From Candidatus Bathyarchaeota archaeon (GTDB lineage Archaea > Thermoproteota > Bathyarchaeia > Bathyarchaeales > Bathycorpusculaceae), in contig CAVZJV010000005.1 of assembly GCA_963775685.1 (NCBI GenBank), forward strand, positions 32,001-96,000: 64,000 nucleotides of DNA, written 5' to 3'. The stretch's first letter is position 1; each line of letters starts with the position of its first letter. The position numbers and the translations under genes were made by a program. A model generated the notes under the pieces. It saw only the letters and a program-made list of their open reading frames with translations, did not search any database and had not been told where the DNA came from. Shown piece by piece: positions 22,453 to 32,339 of the stretch.

Positions 22453-23811
22453 TTAAAATTTTGTTAAGTGGCTTCTCGATTCATTTTTCACGTAAATCTT
22501 TCGCGATGCGATCGAGGTCGTTACTACTAATATTGTTATGGCTGCTACTATGAACAGCACCGGAGGATTCTCGGAGATGATTTGCGCGTTAGTGTCGATA
22601 CCTATTGATGGGTCATGTTCTAAGGTGTTTGACCCAAAGTATGGGTAGCAGATAAAAAGCTGCATATAGTTGTCGGCTGTGCGATAGGCAGCGGTAGTGT
22701 CTTCTAAATAAGCTTCCTGCGTTGTTTGGTTGATTATTGCTGCTTTGTTTGCGAAGTTAAAGAAGCCGGGAAGAGTCTTGTCACTTTGGGCAAACTGCAT
22801 CCTGTAACTCTGGATTGAACCAGTCGGTATACTGAGGGAAGTAGTATCGAATTGTTTAGTGTTTTGCATATGAATCTGGTGCCCTCCTGCAATAATATCA
22901 GTCATAGTCGAACTACCTTCCAACAATCCAGTTGGCGCAAGCGTGCTGTTCTCAGGCACAGTTGTTTGGCCTTCATTAGCATCGCTTAAGGCAATCCCTA
23001 AATCTTGCATGTTAATGGAGCCAAAATCGCACCAAAGAGCCAAACTGCCAGCTTGTGATGGAACCGTGACACCATAATTATTATGCATAGACATGAAAAG
23101 ACCTTCCATGTAGTTGGTGTTCCAACTCCAATCGTTTACGTTAAAACCCATTTCCATCTCTCCAGAACCAATCGTGTAGCTGTACAATCCATGAGGACTC
23201 TTTGTGCTTTGATTATCATAGAACCAGCAATTAAATCGGACATTATTTTGAGTAAATCCAAATTCTGAAGGTGCACCTCTTAGGGTAAAATTAAATGAAA
23301 CGTATCCTGCCCCATTGCTATCTGTGCCTTGACTGGGACCGGCTAAGTCCCAACTGCAGGCGCTAAACGGCAAAAAGGACGGGTGAAAATCAGATACCCA
23401 AGTTTGGTGAGCGTTTCCAATCATGCCCCGAATCCCATTCATGCCCATGCCGCCGCCCATGCCATACCGATTTATCATAAGTGACTGCATGGTCTGCGGG
23501 TTTGCTTCACATTCAGCAGTATAATAACCATTCAAGGGCAAGTACTCTATCAGACCACGGTACTTTACGCTGTAGACTTCGCTTGAATTATCGTTATAGT
23601 ACCAGAGAAACATGGGTTTTTTACCTTGAGCAGGAAAAAGCACAGTTATCGATGAGCTGTTAATCTGCCACCATTGTCCATTATTTGAGACCTGAGGCTG
23701 ACCAAAACTATCATCCGCGTTTTGTGCTGCAGTTTGATTAACAAAAAAAGGAACCATGGCAAAAACAAGCAAAGAAACAAACAATGCACTAAACAAGTTG
23801 GCAGTTCTCAT
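22453..23811 (-). CDS. Secreted, membrane-anchored hypothetical protein
   Basis: Signal peptide, Met/Gly-rich loop, YPYF..NTLEHDPSIG motif and C-terminal TM helix. Confidence 0.8.
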   Translation of the reverse strand: MRTANLFSALFVSLLVFAMVPFFVNQTAAQNADDSFGQPQVSNNGQWWQINSSSITVLFPAQGKKPMFLWYYNDNSSEVYSVKYRGLIEYLPLNGYYTAECEANPQTMQSLMINRYGMGGGMGMNGIRGMIGNAHQTWVSDFHPSFLPFSACSWDLAGPSQGTDSNGAGYVSFNFTLRGAPSEFGFTQNNVRFNCWFYDNQSTKSPHGLYSYTIGSGEMEMGFNVNDWSWNTNYMEGLFMSMHNNYGVTVPSQAGSLALWCDFGSINMQDLGIALSDANEGQTTVPENSTLAPTGLLEGSSTMTDIIAGGHQIHMQNTKQFDTTSLSIPTGSIQSYRMQFAQSDKTLPGFFNFANKAAIINQTTQEAYLEDTTAAYRTADNYMQLFICYPYFGSNTLEHDPSIGIDTNAQIISENPPVLFIVAAITILVVTTSIASRKIYVKNESRSHLTKF

Positions 23812-23990
23812 AAGAAATCTCTATAAGGATCATATTCCGCCCACTTTATTAAACAAATCGCAGCTGCATTGTCGGAGAAAAACAGTAAACAATTTTTTCA
23901 AATTGTTGATTTTCCTCTGACACTTCAGTTTCATGAGGAATAGCTTATTTCTAAATGCTTATTTGCCAATGGCCCTTTCCTCTCACAACA

Positions 23991-24584
23991 ATGATTCTGC
24001 AAAAATCGTTCTATAATCAGGACACAATTACCGTTTCTAAGGAACTTTTGGGAAAAATTTTAGTTCATGAATCCGGCGAAGGCATGACGGCGGGCAAAAT
24101 AGTTGAAACAGAAGCATATCGAGGACCTGAAGATCTAGCGGCCCACAGTTCTAAGGGCCGTCGGACAGCTAGGAACGAAGTTATGTTTGGGCAAAAGGGA
24201 CGCGCTTACGTTTATTTTATCTACGGGTTGTATTACTGCTTTAACGTAACTGCGGGTAATGTGCCGGGAAAACCAGAGGCGGTTCTTATTAGAGCACTTG
24301 AACCGGTAGCGGGTCAGGAAATTATGGCAAAACGTCGAGGACAACAAGTTAAGGTTGGTAACCTAACGAATGGTCCAAGCAAATTATGCATGGCAATGGG
24401 TATATCAAAGACTCAAAACAAAAATGACCTAACAACTCCGCCCCTGTACATTAAGGATACATCATTGGTTTCTCAAGATAATATAGCAGAGACAACACGT
24501 GTTGGAGTGGACTATTCTGGCGAGTGGAAAAATATGCCCTGGCGATTCTACATCAAAGATAACAAGTTTATCTCAGTTAAATGA
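23991..24584 (+). CDS. mpg: DNA-3-methyladenine glycosylase (AAG/MPG family)
   Basis: GKIVETEAY.G..D.AAHS, YVYFIYGLYYCFN, AVLIRALEP, NGPSKLC and RVGV...PWRF. Confidence 0.95.
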   Translation: MILQKSFYNQDTITVSKELLGKILVHESGEGMTAGKIVETEAYRGPEDLAAHSSKGRRTARNEVMFGQKGRAYVYFIYGLYYCFNVTAGNVPGKPEAVLIRALEPVAGQEIMAKRRGQQVKVGNLTNGPSKLCMAMGISKTQNKNDLTTPPLYIKDTSLVSQDNIAETTRVGVDYSGEWKNMPWRFYIKDNKFISVK

Positions 24585-24648
24585 GATGAAAACATCTGCT
24601 TTTGTTTATGCAGTTTGTTAACTAAACTCATCATGGCCAGTGTCTCTG

Positions 24649-25899
24649 CTACATTATGAAGGGCAGCACTGCAACCAACAAAACAAGAATTACACAAGCA
24701 AATGTTACCCCAACAGTAATTGTACGGATAGCTTTTTCACTTATCCGCTTGCCTATAGCTCTTTTCAAAGTGATATCGAAGATTCTGCCTCCATCCAAGG
24801 GGTATAATGGCAAAGCATTGAAGATTGCAAGGTTGAAGTTGACAAACCAGATCCAGAAAAGAGTGTTCGCAAGTATTTGCCATTGGGGTATCGGATTTGT
24901 GTAGAAAGGTGCTAAGAAATCTGAAAATGGCGTTAGACCAGAAGCTAAAGTTGGAGGAACCAAGTACATAGCGAGTCGATCTAAAGAGAAGGTTTGATAA
25001 TTTTCTAGTCGTTGCTCAGTAAATAAGTCATAGGTGGTTATTCCCATGATGGTGCGGTTTTCGGATGAAGTTAGGTTAATTGTTGTGGAAAATCTATACT
25101 GCCAACTCTCGCCCCTTGCCACTGTTACCTGAATTGTATCTCCAGCCGTCTTAGTATCTAATATAGCCCTTAACTCAGTGGTGTTAGTGATTGTTACATT
25201 GTCGATTGAAACAAAGACATCTTTTGGCAGTAATCCTGCAGTTTGAGCGGGCAATCCATTTGTGACGTCGTTGACGAATACGCCATCGATTACAGGTGTT
25301 AAGCTGCCAACAAGCAATAGAACACCTAGGAGGCACACAACTGCTACAACGATGTTTGCACCAACGCCTCCAGCCATAACTTTTAGGGCAGTGCGGGGTT
25401 TTGCTTTCTTTATTTGCTCTTCGTCAACATCCACAAAAGCACCAATGGGAACAAACAAGAAAAACAGTAAGCCACTTGACTTAACATTCAACCCAGCGTT
25501 TCTAGCAATAACTCCATGTGCGCCTTCATGAACCACAATAGCGAACACTATTGCAACCCATCCATAGACTATTGGAAGCACAGGGTTAATTCCAGGCAAC
25601 AACAGAATTGATCCTGGCCCCAAGTCTCGAACTACTTGACCCACCCCTGGATTAGCTAACAAACCGATGAGGCTGTTAACTACGAGGTAGAGAGCAACTC
25701 CTGCAACAAATGGTACAAGAACAAGGCTTATCCACGAAAAATATCGCGATGTCCGCAAAGCACCTAACTTGTCAAAGACGACGGCAAACCGTTTTGTCCT
25801 AACAATTAACATTGGAAAATTGAATTCAAGTCTTGGCTGCTTACTTTCTTGCTTCTCGTCTTCAGTATCGGATGCCAAATATACAATCGCTCGACTCAA
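24649..25899 (-). CDS. Site-2 protease (M50) with PDZ domain
   Basis: HEGAH, IGAFVD, PAQTAGL (PDZ) and FNALPLYPLDGG. Confidence 0.93.
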   Translation of the reverse strand: MSRAIVYLASDTEDEKQESKQPRLEFNFPMLIVRTKRFAVVFDKLGALRTSRYFSWISLVLVPFVAGVALYLVVNSLIGLLANPGVGQVVRDLGPGSILLLPGINPVLPIVYGWVAIVFAIVVHEGAHGVIARNAGLNVKSSGLLFFLFVPIGAFVDVDEEQIKKAKPRTALKVMAGGVGANIVVAVVCLLGVLLLVGSLTPVIDGVFVNDVTNGLPAQTAGLLPKDVFVSIDNVTITNTTELRAILDTKTAGDTIQVTVARGESWQYRFSTTINLTSSENRTIMGITTYDLFTEQRLENYQTFSLDRLAMYLVPPTLASGLTPFSDFLAPFYTNPIPQWQILANTLFWIWFVNFNLAIFNALPLYPLDGGRIFDITLKRAIGKRISEKAIRTITVGVTFACVILVLLVAVLPFIM

Positions 25900-26016
25900 A
25901 AAACGTGATATCTAAAAAATAAACGTTTAGCAAAAAAAATGAAAAGCACTCAAAGACCCCAATATTTAGTGACATATCTACCAAAAACCATATTTCTCAG
26001 AAACTACCAAACAGCA

Positions 26017-26445
26017 TTATAAAGCTCCTCTATTTCTACGACTTTTTAAGTCGTTGTAGGCAAAATAAATTATGATCAAACTCCAAATTAGGGTAGCCGC
26101 ATTTGGAGCAAGGATTAAGGGTTGCATCTGAATGTCGGCAAGGTTTGGAAAGAATGCGTAGTTGCTAAAGATTCGCTGATTTACAGTGATGGCTATTGCG
26201 AGAAAGGGCGCCCATCTCTTTCTTTTGATCAATAAAAGCATGGTTAGTGCAAACAAACACACCGCTATTGCAGCTTCGGTACCGATGATTGAGAACCCTA
26301 AGCGATAAATGCTCCATTGAGTGGCAGGGAAAGCGGCCCAAAGTGTTAATGCTAAACTATCTAAAACTATGTTTGCCGAAACTAAACGGATAAGAATTTT
26401 ATGCGAATTGTTGCGCAAATACTGTGACATTTCTATCCTTTTCAA
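26017..26445 (-). CDS. Membrane hypothetical protein (~4 TM)
   Basis: Hydrophobic helices across a 142-aa ORF. Confidence 0.65.
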   Translation of the reverse strand: MKRIEMSQYLRNNSHKILIRLVSANIVLDSLALTLWAAFPATQWSIYRLGFSIIGTEAAIAVCLFALTMLLLIKRKRWAPFLAIAITVNQRIFSNYAFFPNLADIQMQPLILAPNAATLIWSLIIIYFAYNDLKSRRNRGAL

Positions 26446-26473
26446 CTACTGTTAGGTTGACTTTGTATAAACA

Positions 26474-27815
26474 TTATGCAACTGACTTAGGTATCGATTT
26501 GAATCGTGTACGTCTAAGAATAATAACAAAGCTCACTGTCACCGCTAAAGTTGCCAAAACAAACACCAAGACAGATGGAAGGTTTCGGTTCAAAAAACCG
26601 TCTATGGGTTGTTTTAAAAGAACCTCATTTGGAGTTGGAGAAACCAGAGCTGAGCTGTTTAGTTGAATGATCGCATTGTATTCTGGACTGCCCTCTGAGT
26701 CCAAGCGCATCTTCATAAACTATGTCTAACTTGGAGTCATAATGCTCCAGCAGGCTGCCTAGTTCCATGCTAATTGGAGTCGACCAAGAGTCTGCTTCCC
26801 ATAGACCCCAAATCTTGTCGTTTGGACCACGAAAACCATACGCGTAATCTTTTGGAAGAACAGAAGCGGTCCGGTCGATTACCTGGCTTGTTTTTCGAGG
26901 GTTTTCTTGAGAGTATTGCCAGAAGCGTTTCAAAGCGTCCAAATGGTCTTGAAGCAGAATACCGCCTGTATATTCTTTGTTTGAATTGAAAACTAAAATG
27001 TACTTTGCTCCATTGTCATAGGCTAAAACGAGATCGTTGTAGAGTTCTTCGCCTGATTCTATGTATGGCGGTTGCCTATAAGTCCAAGTTATTATGACAC
27101 CCCACTGTTTGTCTTGTATAGTCGCGGCGCCCCTGCAAAGTCCGACGTTCAATTGTCGGCTGTAGTTCCAGCCAAACTGGGCTAAAAGCACATCATAACC
27201 CGCCCGATAATCAAACTCATAAAGCGCATAATCCGACGTAAACAACGTAGCGTTCGCTCCGCCTGCGTATGAGTTTCTAAACCACTCGACAGATTCTTTT
27301 GTTTTCGCATTGAACTGGCTACTAGCGTTGGCGTAGCTGTCGGCTTTTTGAACCGTTGTCCAATGAGGATCAAGATCCAGCTGTCGCCCCCCAACCTCAT
27401 CAGCATAATAAAAACCCAAAAAATGACTCCCCCAACGAGCCTTAGCGATCTCAAACCAACCTGAAACAGCGGTATTAAACCAACTATACCCCAAGGGATA
27501 GTCTTGATAGACGATGAAGAACATGCCCTTATCGAATAGATATTGGCACGCTTCCTCCAGCTTGAGCCTGTCTTGAGTAACGCCTGTGCAACCCAAAACA
27601 AAAAGATTAGTATACGAACTGATTTCATCAACCAACTGCTTAATCTCAGCTATGCCACCATAGGCTATGTCAACACCCACAAAAACGTTAGAATCACTTT
27701 TGGAATTTGCACCAACGGAAGGAAAAACGCCTATTATAATTGAGCTTATCAGCGTAAGAACCAAAAAGAATCCGTACCATGGAGATAGAGTCTTCATCGA
27801 ACTTTCCAATGGCAT
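26474..27815 (-). CDS. Secreted glycoside-hydrolase-like (probable TIM barrel) protein with C-terminal anchor; +1 frameshift near 26706
   Basis: GFYYADEVGGRQLD, FTSDYALY, RGAA and YGFRGPNDKIWGLW; repair joins it to the TM-bearing ORF 26474..26716. Confidence 0.7.
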
Positions 27816-27966
27816 TAGCGTATTTTAAAGTTGCCTGAAATCGCAGCGCACTAAAATATGACATACATTTGTGATCAATGGTTGGGCCATAGCTAAAGGC
27901 TAAAGACCTTGTTTTGGCAAAACCTTTATTGTTAACATTTCTTTCAATTTATGTGAGGTTATTCTT

Positions 27967-28197
27967 ATAAAAGCCGATAAATCGCTAGATTGTTTAGGTT
28001 TGTTCTGTCCTGAACCCGTTTTCAACACTAGATTGCAATTGGATGAGATGAAGGTTGGAGAAACTCTTGAAGTCACTGCGGATGATCCGGCAGCCAAATC
28101 TGATATTGAGAATCTTGCCAAAAACTTAGGTCACGAAGTGCTGGAAAGCAAACAAGAAGATGGTGTGACTCGGATAATAATTAAGAAGGTGAAATAG
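27967..28197 (+). CDS. tusA: TusA/SirA-family sulfur carrier
   Basis: (I)KADKSLDCLGLFCPEP...LEVTADDPAA; homology extends upstream of the TTG at 28000 to an ATA at 27967. Confidence 0.9.
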   Translation: MKADKSLDCLGLFCPEPVFNTRLQLDEMKVGETLEVTADDPAAKSDIENLAKNLGHEVLESKQEDGVTRIIIKKVK

Positions 28198-28218
28198 TCA
28201 AACAAGAGGGGACATAAT

Positions 28219-29406
28219 TTGGACGACATTGGTAAAAGAAGAATTTATATGGATTACTCAGCTGGAAAACCAGTTGATCCACGTGTAACCGATGCAATGG
28301 TGCCTTTCTTTAATTCACACTACGGAAATCCATCGTCAGTGCATACGTTGGGACAGGAAGCAAAGCAGGCATTGGAAAAAAGCAGAGAAATCGTCGCACA
28401 ATTAATAAACTCCGAGAAACCTGAAGCTATAGTTTTCACTTCAGGCGCGACAGAGAGCAACAATTTAGCAATTCGAGGTACAGCTGGCCGAAATAAAAGT
28501 CGCGGAAACAAAGTCATAACATCCAGCGTAGAGCATATGTCAGTTGTTAACCCTTGTAAATTAATGATCCGAAACGGATTCCAAGTAGCTTTCTTGCCTG
28601 TGGACAAATTTGGGGTTTTGGATTTAGAAAAGCTTGAAACAGAGTTGAATGATCAAACTACACTTGTTTCAATCGTTTACGCAAACCCTGAAATAGGAAC
28701 TATTGAGCCGATTAAAGAGATTAGCAAAATAGTGCATGCGAAAAAGGCTTTTCTACATGTTGATGCCACGGCAGCTTCAGGTCAAGTGCCCATTGATGTG
28801 CAAGATGAAAACATAGATCTCTTGACTTTATCAAGTAATGATATGTATGGACCAAAAGGCGTCGGAGCATTATACATTAAACCAGGCACCACGATAGAGC
28901 CCATAAATCAAGGTGGCGGTCAGGAACGTGGATTGCGGTCAGGAACAGAAAACATACCTGGTGTCGTGGGGTTTGCTAAAGCTGCAGAAATTGCCAAAAA
29001 CGAAATGACTAATGAAAGTAAAAGATTGATCTTGCTCCGCAACAAACTAATTGAAGGCCTTATCGAGCCTATACCAAATTCATATCTTAACGGTCATCCA
29101 ACCCAAAGGTTACCCGATAATGTGTCAGTTAGATATAGCTTCATAGAGGGCGAGTCAATACTTTTGAGTTTAGACATTATGGGCGTTTTTGCATCATCTG
29201 GCTCAGCATGTGCCGCAAAAACTTTGCAGCCCTCACATGTTTTGCTGGCTTTGGGCCTAGAACCTGAGGATGCACATGGTTCTTTGATGCTGACTTTGGG
29301 AAGGGAAAATACTCAAGAGGATGCGGATAAATTAAAAAGTATCATGCCGGGTATTGTTAAGAGACTAAGAGATATGTCTCCTCTAACTCCTAAGGAGTTG
29401 AAATAA
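28219..29406 (+). CDS. iscS: Cysteine desulfurase (IscS/NifS class I)
   Basis: YGNPSS, FTSGATESNN, GGGQERGLRSGTEN and SSGSAC. The usual SxHKxxGPKG reads SSNDMYGPKG here. Confidence 0.9.
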   Translation: MDDIGKRRIYMDYSAGKPVDPRVTDAMVPFFNSHYGNPSSVHTLGQEAKQALEKSREIVAQLINSEKPEAIVFTSGATESNNLAIRGTAGRNKSRGNKVITSSVEHMSVVNPCKLMIRNGFQVAFLPVDKFGVLDLEKLETELNDQTTLVSIVYANPEIGTIEPIKEISKIVHAKKAFLHVDATAASGQVPIDVQDENIDLLTLSSNDMYGPKGVGALYIKPGTTIEPINQGGGQERGLRSGTENIPGVVGFAKAAEIAKNEMTNESKRLILLRNKLIEGLIEPIPNSYLNGHPTQRLPDNVSVRYSFIEGESILLSLDIMGVFASSGSACAAKTLQPSHVLLALGLEPEDAHGSLMLTLGRENTQEDADKLKSIMPGIVKRLRDMSPLTPKELK

Positions 29407-29408
29407 TT

Positions 29409-29798
29409 ATGTATTCTGAAAAAGTGATGGAACATTTTAAAAAACCTCAAAATATGGGTGAAATTCCAGATGCCGATGGTGTGGGTTCAGTTGGAAACCC
29501 CACTTGCGGAGACCTAATGACGATGTACATTAAAGTCAAAGAAGACCGAATTGAAGACGTTAAATTCAAAACATACGGTTGCGGAGCCGCCATTGCTACA
29601 AGCAGTATGACCACTGAACTCGCAAAAGGAAAAACTGTGGATGAGGCAATGAAAATAACTCGCGCGAGTGTAGCTGACTCACTTGGAGGTCTCCCAGCCG
29701 TAAAAATGCATTGCTCAAACTTGGCAGCTGATGCACTCCATGCCGCCATCGAGGACTATAAACAAAAGCAGAAAAGTAAAGAAGAGGTGGAAGAATGA
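29409..29798 (+). CDS. iscU: Fe-S cluster scaffold IscU/NifU
   Basis: YSEKVMEHF..PQN.G, GNPTCGD, FKTYGCGAAIA and LPAVKMHCSNL. Confidence 0.96.
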   Translation: MYSEKVMEHFKKPQNMGEIPDADGVGSVGNPTCGDLMTMYIKVKEDRIEDVKFKTYGCGAAIATSSMTTELAKGKTVDEAMKITRASVADSLGGLPAVKMHCSNLAADALHAAIEDYKQKQKSKEEVEE

Positions 29799-29950
29799 AA
29801 AAAGAAACCGCCAAGTGCAAATGTTGCGATACCGAAATTTCGGGAGAACCTTGTGAGCTTGCAGCTTACACTACCGAAGTAGATGGAAAAACAGTCAGCT
29901 TTTGTTGTCAAAATTGTGCACCACAGGAAAAGAAGGTGATAAAAAAATGA
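29795..29950 (+). CDS. 51-aa TRASH/YHS-like metal-binding protein (MKKETAKCKCCDTEISGEPCELAAYTTEVDGKTVSFCCQNCAPQEKKVIKK)
   Basis: My translation; CxCC...GK...FCCxxC pattern; ATGA overlaps with both the iscU stop and the dsrE start. Confidence 0.8.
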   Translation: MKKETAKCKCCDTEISGEPCELAAYTTEVDGKTVSFCCQNCAPQEKKVIKK

Positions 29951-30367
29951 GTGAAAAAAAGAAATTAGCTTTAGTTGTTCAAAGTGGAACAATCGATAAA
30001 CTATATTGCGCTTTCATTTTGGCATCCACATCTGTAGCCATGGGCTGGGAAGCGCACTTATACTTCACATTTTGGGGATTGCAAAGTCTAGGCAAAGGGG
30101 GCCATGGAAAAAGCAGTGTTACCCGGAGACTACAAACATCTGGAAGAGACTATGCGAAAGAATTTAGAACGTATGAAATACCCCTCGCCTTACGATATGC
30201 TCAAGCGCATCAAGCAATCTGGTCTATGCACGATTTACGCATGTACTCCAACCATGGAAATGTTTGGAATCAAAAGAGAAGATCTGATTCCTGAAGTTGA
30301 TAGCATGGTTGGCGCTGCAACCTTCCTCGACATCGCCGCTGGCGCAGACGTTTCAATGTTCATATGA
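29947..30367 (+). CDS. DsrE/DsrF/DrsH-like (DsrE2) sulfurtransferase-family protein; +1 frameshift near 30103
   Basis: KLALVVQSG..DK, YFTFWGL, IYACTPTMEMFG and GAATFL. Confidence 0.88.
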
Positions 30368-30624
30368 TCAGCTAATCTTAAAGAACGGCCATTCATACAA
30401 ACAAACAACAGCTACAATATCAAAACACAACTTTTTATTCAGAAGTTGAGAGCAACGGCTATTTGATTGATCTAAACAGAATGCTATTCAAAACAAAAAA
30501 ATTATGCTAACTCAATTTAGCAGACAATCTTTTTTTATTTAATCAAAATATTTAACCAGCCCATTTTAACGTAAAAGTTAAATGTCAAGTAAGGATTTAG
30601 AAGTTTATTCTTGAAGGTAATTCT

Positions 30625-31854
30625 ATGGCAAACAATAAACCTCTACAAGTATCCAAAGACATCTTTTGGGTCGGAGTCAACGATTCCGAAACCCCCCTCT
30701 TTGAGGGACTTTGGAGCATACCTGAAGGCGTTTCATACAACTCATATCTAGTTAAAGGCTCAGAGAAAACTGCTCTAATCGATAGCGTTCACGAAAAAAA
30801 AACTCAAGAGCATCTCGAAAAAATAAGCCAAATAACAGACCTCTCCAAAATAGACTATTTAATCATCAATCACATGGAACCCGACCATACAAGTGCAATT
30901 CCAACGTTCCTGCAAAAAGCACCCAACGTCCAAATAGTCTATACCCCAGTCGCCCAAAGCATCTTCAAAAAATTCTACGGAATCACCCCCCAAGCAATCA
31001 TTGCTAAAGGCGACGATATGACAATTTCTTTGGGAAACAAGACGCTGCATTTTATTCAAACGCCGTGGCTTCATTGGCCCGAAACCATGAGCACCTACAT
31101 ACCAGAAGATAAAGTTCTATTTTGTTGCGATGCCTTCGGAGCGTTCAAAAAGCTACCGCAAGGAGCCATAATGGAATCAGATATTGACATGGACAAACAG
31201 AACGTTTGCGGATGCTCTCAGAAATATTTTGCTTCCGTCTTCAACGGACAAAAAGAATGGGTTCAAAAGGCCATCGAGAAATTTGAAAAAATGAATCTAC
31301 AGATTGATGTTTTAGCACCAAGTCATGGTCCAGTATATACCCAAACAGTAAAGGAAACATTAAGTCGATGGGCTGGCTGGAGTAAAGGCACCTACAAAAA
31401 AACAGTCATCATCGTTTACTGCTCTATGTATGGGATGACAGCCAAGTGCCTAAGCGCCTTAGCTGACGGTATCACAGAAGCAGGGGGTACGGTGAAAAGC
31501 TTTAATCTCTCAGAAGCCAAGCCAGTTGATGCCTTAACAGCTCTTGTTGAAGCTCCTGCAATGATTGTTGGAACACCCACCTATGAACACGAGATCTTCC
31601 CCAAAGTTGCAGATTTCATAAATTTGCTTAGGACAAAAAAATTTTCCAACAGGTGTGCCGCGGTTTTCGGGAGTTTTGGCTGGAGTGGAGAAGCAACAAG
31701 AAAAACAGTTTCTGAACTTTCTACTTTGGGATTTGAAATGGTGGGGGAACCGCTTCCAATATATGGAAGCCCAACAAATGATGATCTTCAGAAGGCACGA
31801 CAAATGGGCAAAGCAGTCGCAGAAAAAGCCTTTTCCATGAACAATGAAAAATAA
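30625..31854 (+). CDS. fprA: Flavodiiron protein (FprA/NorV-type O2/NO reductase)
   Basis: GVSYNSYL, NHMEPDH, LHWPE, CDAFG and PSHGP; flavodoxin domain with SMYG.T and FGSFGWSGEA. Confidence 0.93.
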   Translation: MANNKPLQVSKDIFWVGVNDSETPLFEGLWSIPEGVSYNSYLVKGSEKTALIDSVHEKKTQEHLEKISQITDLSKIDYLIINHMEPDHTSAIPTFLQKAPNVQIVYTPVAQSIFKKFYGITPQAIIAKGDDMTISLGNKTLHFIQTPWLHWPETMSTYIPEDKVLFCCDAFGAFKKLPQGAIMESDIDMDKQNVCGCSQKYFASVFNGQKEWVQKAIEKFEKMNLQIDVLAPSHGPVYTQTVKETLSRWAGWSKGTYKKTVIIVYCSMYGMTAKCLSALADGITEAGGTVKSFNLSEAKPVDALTALVEAPAMIVGTPTYEHEIFPKVADFINLLRTKKFSNRCAAVFGSFGWSGEATRKTVSELSTLGFEMVGEPLPIYGSPTNDDLQKARQMGKAVAEKAFSMNNEK

Positions 31855-32054
31855 GCACACTACAAAAATCTGTTTTGTCAGCACAATTTTTTTTATAGAT
31901 CAAGATTCTTAGTGTGCAAATTTTTTAATTTTGATTGAAGAAAAAATGTTGAGAAAAATATTATAAAAAAGGTAAAAATATAAAGGTAAATATGGTAGAA
32001 TTGGTTGGCAACTTGAGCAGATTTGAGTCTGGCTGTATTTGAGAAAAGCTTGTT

Positions 32055-32339
32055 CTACCGTGGAGTATTTTCTTTAAGTTTTTGTTTTGATTTCTCGATT
32101 ATTTCACAGATTAGACCTGCGGTGTCGTCAAGCATTTTCTTGAGTTTCTTCATGTCTTCTTCAACAATTTCTCGGTTTTCTAGAAGCGGGTAGACGCTCA
32201 CGTGTATTAGGTCGAATGTGGCTTTTATGTCAATTTTTCCGGTCCTTTTTTGATCCATGACCGACTTTAGTATTTTTTCTCTTTTTGCGATTTCCTCAAT
32301 CTTTAACTTGGGTTTATCGCTACTTAGGCTTCTGCTCAT
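32055..32339 (-). CDS. Hypothetical helical protein (94 aa), last gene of the isoprenoid cassette
   Basis: Its ATG directly follows the upstream stop (TAAATG); charged amphipathic helices. Confidence 0.75.
   Translation of the reverse strand: MSRSLSSDKPKLKIEEIAKREKILKSVMDQKRTGKIDIKATFDLIHVSVYPLLENREIVEEDMKKLKKMLDDTAGLICEIIEKSKQKLKENTPR

Noticed and set aside
27182-27631. 149-aa alternative-frame ORF, and similar nested or antisense ORFs throughout the track
   Set aside because: They lie within well-supported genes and have no motifs of their own.
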